Assembly (NCBI GenBank): GCA_028693965.1
Contig: JAQUUG010000002.1
Coordinates: forward strand, 1-37,441
Direction: 5' to 3'
DNA length: 37,441 nt
Origin: Bacilli bacterium
GTDB taxonomy: Bacteria; Bacillota_I; Bacilli_A; RF39; UBA660
Each line of letters starts with the position of its first letter. Position 1 is the stretch's first letter. This document shows positions 32,452-37,441 of this stretch, piece after piece. The notes beneath the pieces were generated by a model. It worked only from the letters and a program-made list of their open reading frames with translations. It was not told where the DNA came from and did not search any database. The position numbers were made by a program, and so were the translations under genes.

Positions 32452-34224
32452 ATGTTAGGAAAAATAATTGGTATTGAGGAAAATGTTATTTTATTTAAAG
32501 TTAATGTTGAACTTGGTAAATTTGAAAATCTAATCAATTTATTAATTGTTATGGAAGAGCCAGATAAGAAATTTATTGGTGAAATTACAGATATTAAAGA
32601 TGGAGTAGCTTATGTTAATTTACTAGGAGAGTTTATAAATGATAAATTCGTTTTTGGAGTTATTCGTAAACCTTCTTTTGGAGCTGCTATTAAATTAGTT
32701 TCTAAAGAGAAAATACCTATGATTTTAGGTGTTAACAATTACCGAGAAAACAAAGATTTATATATTGGTGAAAGCCCTATCTATAACGGCGTTAAAATAG
32801 GTGTTAATGTTAATGATTTTTTTGCTAGCCATTTTGCTATATTTGGATCAACAGGAAGTGGTAAATCATCAAGTGTTGCGCGTATTTTTCAAAATTTATT
32901 TGAAAAGAAGAAATCTATAGCATATAAGTCAAGCATTTTTATTTTTGATGCATATGGTGAATATCATAGTGCCTTTGATAAACTTCATGATAAAGTGAAT
33001 GAAATTAATTTTAAAACTTATACAACTAATTTAAATTTTAGTGAAACGGAAGTGTTAAAAGTACCTCTTTGGTTATTAGGTGTTGATGATATAGCATTAC
33101 TTTTAGGAGCGGAAAAGCATACGCAATTACCAATTATTGAAAAAGCTCTAAAATTAGTCACAATTTTTGGTAGAGAAGAAGATTTGGTTTTAAAACATAA
33201 AAATGATATTATTGCTAGAGCAATATTAGACATTTTAGCGAGTGGAAGACCTCCAGCACAGATAAGAGATCAAGTTTTTTCTGTTTTATCATACTATAAA
33301 ACTAAAGAACTAAATCTTGAAACAGAAATTTTTCAACCTGGTTATGTTAGACCTTTGAGACAATGTTTATTAATTGATGCTTCTGGGAAAATAAGAGATA
33401 TGGAATTAATTACTAATTTTATGGAATCATTTTTAAATGATGATTTAGAACTTAATTTACCAGATGGTTCTTTTCCTTATACACTTAAAAATTTAACTGA
33501 TGCTTTTGATTTTGCTTTGATATCAGAAGGTGTTTTGAAAAGCGACAAAATTTTTGATGAATCTAACATTTTGAAAGTGCGACTTCATTCTATTGTTAAT
33601 AGTGATTATAGTGTTTATTTTAGCTATCCAGAGTTTATAACTAGAGAAAAATATGTTCGGGATTTACTAACAGCCCCAAATGGTAGAAAAGCACAAATTA
33701 TTAATTTTAATATCAATTATATTGATGATAGATTAGCAAAAGTTATTACCAAAATATATTCTAAACTTTTATTTGACTATGCTAAAAGTTTAGATGAAAG
33801 GGCTAGCTTTCCAGTTCATATTATTTTGGAAGAAGCACACCGTTATGTGCAAAATGATACAGATAATTTCTTGCTAGGTTATAATATTTTTGAACGAATT
33901 ACTAAAGAGGGACGAAAGTATGGTGTTATTTTGGGACTTATTTCGCAAAGACCATCAGAGCTTTCAGAAACAACTTTGTCACAATGTAGCAACTTTTTAA
34001 TATTTAAAATGCTTCATCCTAAAGATGTTTCCTATATTAAAGAAATGGTCCCAAATATTACTAATGAAATTGTAAAACGATTACGTATTTTGCAGCCAGG
34101 AACTTGTATTGCCTTTGGCTCTGCTTTTAAAATACCAGTTTTGGTTAGATTAGAAATGCCTAATCCAGCTCCTTCAAGTAGTAGCCTTGATATTAGTAAA
34201 TTATGGTTTGTTAATAAAGATTAA
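32452..34224 (+). CDS. HerA/DUF87-like (FtsK-HerA superfamily) P-loop ATPase with N-terminal HAS-barrel-like domain
   Basis: RBS AGGAGTG before ATG 32452. Extended -10 TGGTATAAT at 32416-32424. Walker A GSTGSGKS (nt 32845-32868), Walker B VHIILEEAHRY (nt 33814-33843), and later GLISQRPSEL. Confidence 0.8.
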   Translation: MLGKIIGIEENVILFKVNVELGKFENLINLLIVMEEPDKKFIGEITDIKDGVAYVNLLGEFINDKFVFGVIRKPSFGAAIKLVSKEKIPMILGVNNYRENKDLYIGESPIYNGVKIGVNVNDFFASHFAIFGSTGSGKSSSVARIFQNLFEKKKSIAYKSSIFIFDAYGEYHSAFDKLHDKVNEINFKTYTTNLNFSETEVLKVPLWLLGVDDIALLLGAEKHTQLPIIEKALKLVTIFGREEDLVLKHKNDIIARAILDILASGRPPAQIRDQVFSVLSYYKTKELNLETEIFQPGYVRPLRQCLLIDASGKIRDMELITNFMESFLNDDLELNLPDGSFPYTLKNLTDAFDFALISEGVLKSDKIFDESNILKVRLHSIVNSDYSVYFSYPEFITREKYVRDLLTAPNGRKAQIINFNINYIDDRLAKVITKIYSKLLFDYAKSLDERASFPVHIILEEAHRYVQNDTDNFLLGYNIFERITKEGRKYGVILGLISQRPSELSETTLSQCSNFLIFKMLHPKDVSYIKEMVPNITNEIVKRLRILQPGTCIAFGSAFKIPVLVRLEMPNPAPSSSSLDISKLWFVNKD

Positions 34225-34336
34225 ATTGTCTTTTGAACATCAAATATATTTTCAATATTTTAAAATTTTAAAATAATTATTCTAAAGAAGATATATATTC
34301 ATATAATTTAGTGTAGAAAGAGAGGCATTAAATTAT

Positions 34337-34597
34337 ATGGAAACACTTAAAGTTGGAGCTAAATCAAATCCAAATTCAGTAGCAGGAGCTTTGGCTAATG
34401 TATTTCGTGAAAAAGGTACTGTAGAAATACAAGCGATAGGAGCTGGCGCTTTAAATCAAGCGATAAAGGCAATTGCTATTGCACGAGGATTTGTAGCTCC
34501 TAGTGGTAAAAACTTAGTTTGTATTCCCGCTTTTACGGATATAATAATAGATGGAGAAGAGAGAACAGCTATTAAATTAATTGTTGAAACCAAATAA
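34337..34597 (+). CDS. spoVS: stage V sporulation protein S family protein
   Basis: METLKVGAKSNPNSVAGALANVFREKG...AIKAIAIARGF. 86 aa, the canonical SpoVS sequence pattern. Confidence 0.92.
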   Translation: METLKVGAKSNPNSVAGALANVFREKGTVEIQAIGAGALNQAIKAIAIARGFVAPSGKNLVCIPAFTDIIIDGEERTAIKLIVETK

Positions 34598-34621
34598 ATC
34601 CTACTTATGTAGGTTTTTTTA
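34597..34621 (+). terminator. intrinsic terminator after spoVS
   Basis: CCTAC-TTAT-GTAGG followed by T7. Confidence 0.55.
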
Positions 34622-34684
34622 TGAAATAAGTTGAAAAAAAAATATAATTATGGTAACATTAATAAAGATATGGGAGGAATGAAA

Positions 34685-34996
34685 GTGAAAAAAGTATTAG
34701 CAATAATTAGTTTAGGGGTTGTATTATTAATAACTGGCTGTGGTGATAAAACTGCTGATTATGAAGCTATTATGGAAGAATATGGACGCGATTATTTTGC
34801 AAAATATATGCCTATTGTTGGTTTTGATGAAGTAGAAGTAACAAAAGATATGTTAAATACAGCAAATGAATCAGCAGGAGAGACATATGATTTATCTAAA
34901 TTAGATAATTGTTCTGATGATACTAAAGTTATTTTTACTTTGGATTCTGAGAGCGGAGAGATAAAGAGCGCATCTTTTGATTTAGATTGTAAATAA
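34685..34996 (+). CDS. small lipoprotein of unknown function
   Basis: GTG 34685 lies 7 nt after GGGAGG (ATG 34679 is only 1 nt after it). Signal MKKVLAIISLGVVLLITGC with lipobox LITGC. Acidic mature domain ending in a second Cys. Confidence 0.6.
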   Translation: MKKVLAIISLGVVLLITGCGDKTADYEAIMEEYGRDYFAKYMPIVGFDEVEVTKDMLNTANESAGETYDLSKLDNCSDDTKVIFTLDSESGEIKSASFDLDCK

Positions 34997-35030
34997 TACA
35001 AAAATTATTTATTGGTATTCTAATTGTATG

Positions 35031-35068
35031 AAAAAAGCTAAAATTGAAATATAATTTTAGTTTTTTTG
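35031..35068 (+). terminator. intrinsic terminator
   Basis: CTAAAATT-GAAATAT-AATTTTAG followed by T7. Confidence 0.55.
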
Positions 35069-35153
35069 TATTCAATTATTAGTAAACTATTGATATTTCT
35101 CTTTTGAATAAGTATGGCAAATAGTTTATATTAATTAAGAAAGGAGGAAAAAT

Positions 35154-35486
35154 ATGTTAAATCAAACAATAATAGTTGGAAGATTAGTAAAGAGTCCAGA
35201 ATTAAGGGAAACAGATAAAGGGCATAAAGTAACTAATTTAACATTGGCTGTTCCAAGAAATTATAAAAATATTAATGGTGAATATGATGTTGATTTTATT
35301 TCTTGCGTTTTGTGGAAAGGAGTAGCAGAAAATACTGCCGAGTATGTCAAAAAAGGCGATCTACTTGGTATAAAAGGACGCATCCAAACAAGAACAATTG
35401 AAACAAATGATGATAATTTGAAGCATGTTGTTGAAGTAGTGGCTGAAAGAGTAACTTTTTTATCAAGTAGAAACAAGGAGGCTTAA
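35154..35486 (+). CDS. ssb: single-stranded DNA-binding protein, short form lacking the acidic C-terminal tail (SsbB-like)
   Basis: RBS AAAGGAGG. OB-fold pattern MLNQTIIVGRLVKSPELR...NLTLAV...DFISCVLWKGVAEN...KGDLLGIKGRIQTR. Ends ...FLSSRNKEA with no D/E-rich IPF-type tail. Confidence 0.88.
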   Translation: MLNQTIIVGRLVKSPELRETDKGHKVTNLTLAVPRNYKNINGEYDVDFISCVLWKGVAENTAEYVKKGDLLGIKGRIQTRTIETNDDNLKHVVEVVAERVTFLSSRNKEA

Positions 35487-35498
35487 TCCTTGTTTTTT
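35367..35498 (+). repeat. direct repeat copy 1 (ssb 3' end plus terminator)
   Basis: Matches 37016-37144. The first 72 nt are identical, then one mismatch, then 22 identical nt. The last ~35 nt, which hold the terminator hairpin ACAAGGA..TCCTTGT, are diverged and carry a 3-nt indel. Confidence 0.9.
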
Positions 35499-35511
35499 AA
35501 AAGAAGTAATT

Positions 35512-36420
35512 ATGAATTATTATAATGAAATTAAAAAAGAATTAATTAATAATGAAGTATATAAACGGGCTAAAGATTATAGTAAAAATAGAAGTGATTT
35601 AAATACTTATTATAATGTAGGTAAATTACTGATAGAAGCTCAAGGTGGAGAAAATAGAGCAAAATATGGTGATAATTTAATCAAAGAATATTCAAAAAAA
35701 CTAACTTTGGAAATAGGAAAAGGATACTCTTCTAGAAATTTGAGGAGTATGAGGAAATTTTATATTTTGTTTAAGGATGAAATTTGGCAGACGCTGTCTG
35801 CCAAATTAACCTGGAGTCATATTCAAGAATTATTGTGGATTGAAAAATACAATAAAATTATATATTATTTAAAAATATCTGATAACTTAAATCTTTCGGT
35901 TAGAGAATTAAGAACTAAAATTAAAAACCAAGAATATGAAAGATTAGATGATAGCACTAAAGAAAAACTAATAAATAATGAAGAAAATAAAATTGAAGAT
36001 TTTATTAAAAATCCCATATTAATTAAAAATAGTTATAATTATAGTGAAGTAACCTAAAAACTATTAAAACAATTAATATTAGAAGATTTGGATAGTTTTT
36101 TGACTGAACTAGGTAGTAGTTTTACTTATATAAAAAATGAATATAAAATAAAAATTGGCAATAGGTATAACTATATTGATTTATTGTTGTATAACATAGA
36201 TTTTAATTGTTATGTAGTAGTTGAACTTAAAGTTACGGAATTAAAAGCTGAACACATAGGGCAAATCCAAAAATATATGAATTATATTGACAAAAATATA
36301 AAAACAATTAATCAAGATAAAACAATAGGAATTGTTATTTGTAAAAATCATAATAAATTTATAATGGAATATTGTAGTGATGATAGAATATTTGTAAAGG
36401 AGTATAATTTAATTATTTAA
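35512..36420 (+). pseudogene. DUF1016/YhcG-type PD-(D/E)XK nuclease split by one in-frame TAA
   Basis: The N-terminal YhcG-like helical part (35512-36057) and the C-terminal nuclease core (LTELGSSFTYI...YIDLLLYN...VVVELKVTELKAEHIGQIQKYMNYID, 36088-36420) lie in the same frame. They are separated only by TAA 36055-36057 plus 10 sense codons. Confidence 0.65.
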
Positions 36421-36474
36421 AAATAAATAATCGTAATATGTTTTATGATATAATATGATTGGGATGATTTTATA

Positions 36475-37050
36475 ATGGATATAGCAAATAAAATAATGGA
36501 TAATATGAAAGATATTGAATATGGATGGGTTAATATTAATGGGGTAAAAAATACTGAAATAAACAATTTGTTTTCTAAAAGTTATGTGTTGCAATCTCCA
36601 CCTGAATTGATTAAAAATAAAATTGGAATTTGTTGGGATCAAGTAGAGCTTGAAAGATTTTATTTTAATGAAAACGGTTTGAATATTGATACATATTTTG
36701 TAGTTCATTATGACGATGATAAATGTCCTACACATACATTGCTAATTTTTTATGACGACAACAAATTCTATTGGTTTGAGCATTCATGGAAAAAATTTAG
36801 AGGAATTCATATGTATTCTTCATTAAATGAACTTTTAGTGGATGTCCAAGATAAATTTATAAAATATGAACTTAATAATAAGTTTAATAAAAATAACCTT
36901 TTTATTATTAAATATACAAAACCTAAATATGGAATATCAGTATTAGAATTTTATAAACATTGTGAAAAAGGTGAATATGTAAAACTAAAAAAATTTATAC
37001 CTAATGGCCTTAATAGGTATAAAAGGACGCATCCAAACAAGAACAATTGA
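36475..37050 (+). CDS. hypothetical protein with transglutaminase/papain-like Cys-His signature; 3' end runs into the ssb repeat
   Basis: GICWDQVELERFYFNENGLNIDTYF...CPTHTLLIF...WFEHSW resembles the transglutaminase-core Cys...His...Asp/Glu layout. Extended -10 TGATATAAT at 36446-36454. The last 11 codons are out-of-frame ssb repeat sequence. Confidence 0.45.
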   Translation: MDIANKIMDNMKDIEYGWVNINGVKNTEINNLFSKSYVLQSPPELIKNKIGICWDQVELERFYFNENGLNIDTYFVVHYDDDKCPTHTLLIFYDDNKFYWFEHSWKKFRGIHMYSSLNELLVDVQDKFIKYELNNKFNKNNLFIIKYTKPKYGISVLEFYKHCEKGEYVKLKKFIPNGLNRYKRTHPNKNN

Positions 37051-37144
37051 AACAAATGATGATAATTTGAAGCATGTTGTTGAAGTAATGGCTGAAAGAG
37101 TAACTTTTTTGTCTAATAAAAACAAGGATTAATCCTTGTTTTTA
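37016..37144 (+). repeat. direct repeat copy 2 (orphan ssb 3' end plus terminator)
   Basis: See copy 1. In the ssb frame it would read GIKGRIQTRTIETNDDNLKHVVEVMAERVTFLSNKNKD*. Clean terminator AACAAGGA-TTAA-TCCTTGTT plus a T-run. Confidence 0.9.
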
Positions 37145-37194
37145 AGCAAACATACAAAAATTAATTAAATTATCATTTGTTATGAAAATAAAAA

Positions 37195-37407
37195 TTATTT
37201 GTTAGATAATTTATTTATATAGTAATCATAAAATATTTGATCAGGAGTTACGTGTAAAACATTAGCAATTTTTATAGCCATAATATATGATAAACCTCTT
37301 TTTTCGTGTTCGATTTGCCAGTAATAGGTTTTACTTACTCCTAAAAGTTCACCCATTTGCCGATAGTTATAATTGTGTAGGATTCTTAATTTTTCTAATT
37401 CTTTCAT
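37195..37407 (-). CDS. XRE/Cro-CI-family HTH transcriptional regulator
   Basis: 70 aa. YRQMGELLGVSKTYYWQIEHEKRGLSYIMAIKIANVL is a classic HTH_3 pattern. RBS AGGTGGTGTGA upstream of the ATG, near the window edge. Confidence 0.8.
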   Translation of the reverse strand: MKELEKLRILHNYNYRQMGELLGVSKTYYWQIEHEKRGLSYIMAIKIANVLHVTPDQIFYDYYINKLSNK

Positions 37408-37441
37408 ATCACACCACCTATGTTAATTATAAGTTAATTTG

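Noticed and set aside
32452-34224. Calling the HerA-like ATPase a known anti-phage system (Sir2-HerA, DUF4297-HerA) or a NurA-HerA repair pair.
   Set aside because: No Sir2, DUF4297 or NurA-like gene is adjacent on either side. The neighbours are yqeH and spoVS, each with its own promoter and terminator. It is reported only as an orphan worth checking.
4448-34678. Upstream-extended start codons given by the ORF track: 2197, 4448, 4867, 5226, 8729, 14658, 18367, 21206, 23126, 27608, 32443, 34631.
   Set aside because: In each case an internal ATG/GTG is preceded by a proper Shine-Dalgarno at 5-9 nt and matches the usual family N-terminus. The extension adds unconserved residues and lacks an RBS.
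1216-36735. Antisense or overlapping ORFs from the six-frame track: 1216-1410, 3167-3349, 4899-5153, 6638-7045, 7601-7804, 9028-9342, 10105-10296, 10304-10552, 16752-16934, 17247-17441, 20475-20708, 23360-23554, 25782-25964, 27165-27413, 29410-29673, 29869-30126, 30102-30284, 33018-33233, 34792-35001, 35261-35476, 36409-36735.
   Set aside because: Each lies inside or opposite a much longer ORF with clear family motifs. None has a convincing RBS, and all have I/L/F/K/S-rich low-complexity translations typical of shadow frames in AT-rich DNA.
1-37441. Alternative genetic code (TGA as Trp, as in Mollicutes), given the very low GC.
   Set aside because: Long conserved genes (recG, arsA, rnfC, rnfD, HerA-like) are uninterrupted under code 11. 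Trp is encoded by TGG, and TGA terminates several well-defined genes (for example 15099-15101, 16325-16327, 28418-28420).
1-37441. Search for CRISPR arrays, tRNA, rRNA and tmRNA.
   Set aside because: I found no regularly spaced repeats of 24-40 nt, no GGTTCGAATCC-type T-arm sequences and no rRNA-like GC-rich blocks. The only tandem or direct repeats are those listed as features.

Overview
This is a very AT-rich chromosomal segment (about 25-30% GC by eye) from a low-GC Bacillota-type bacterium. It uses the standard code: TGG is Trp, TGA is used as a stop, and RBSs are AGGAGG/AGGTG-type. The gene content looks Erysipelotrichia- or Clostridia-like. All family calls come from motif recognition by eye; no searches were run.

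Housekeeping anchors:
- recG (5' end cut by the window edge)
- a Crp/Fnr regulator divergent from two thioredoxin genes
- an OmpR/HK two-component pair and an MBL hydrolase
- an rnfC-rnfD/G(fused)-rnfE-rnfA-rnfB(mini) operon
- rpmB, yqeG-yqeH, spoVS, and a short tail-less ssb

Accessory and decayed blocks between the anchors:
1. 1.8-7.1 kb: a C45-type Ntn hydrolase, three copies of a conserved hairpin/U-tract module, an IS3 OrfA remnant, and an arsR-arsD-arsA operon with no permease or reductase.
2. 7.5-12.7 kb: a VanZ-RDD fusion, an ECF sigma/anti-sigma pair, gene fragments, and a membrane-protein pseudogene.
3. 13 kb: a membrane-anchored trigger-factor paralogue.
4. 23.1-30.6 kb: a prepilin-leader/FGE-sulfatase-like fusion, a VTC + DUF4956 pair, a defective small prepilin, and a divergent four-gene cluster. 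That cluster is built around a SipW-type (ER/archaeal-type) signal peptidase carrying a ~260-aa polytopic N-terminal extension. It also holds two secreted proteins that share an unusual signal-peptide motif and a bitopic membrane protein. This cluster is my best candidate for an undescribed system.
5. 32.5 kb: a solitary HerA/DUF87-like ATPase.
6. 35.4-37.1 kb: a ~1.5-kb islet flanked by ~130-bp direct repeats of the ssb 3' end and terminator. It carries a nonsense-split DUF1016/YhcG nuclease and a transglutaminase-fold ORF, and is followed by an XRE regulator at the window edge.

I saw no rRNA, tRNA or CRISPR array.
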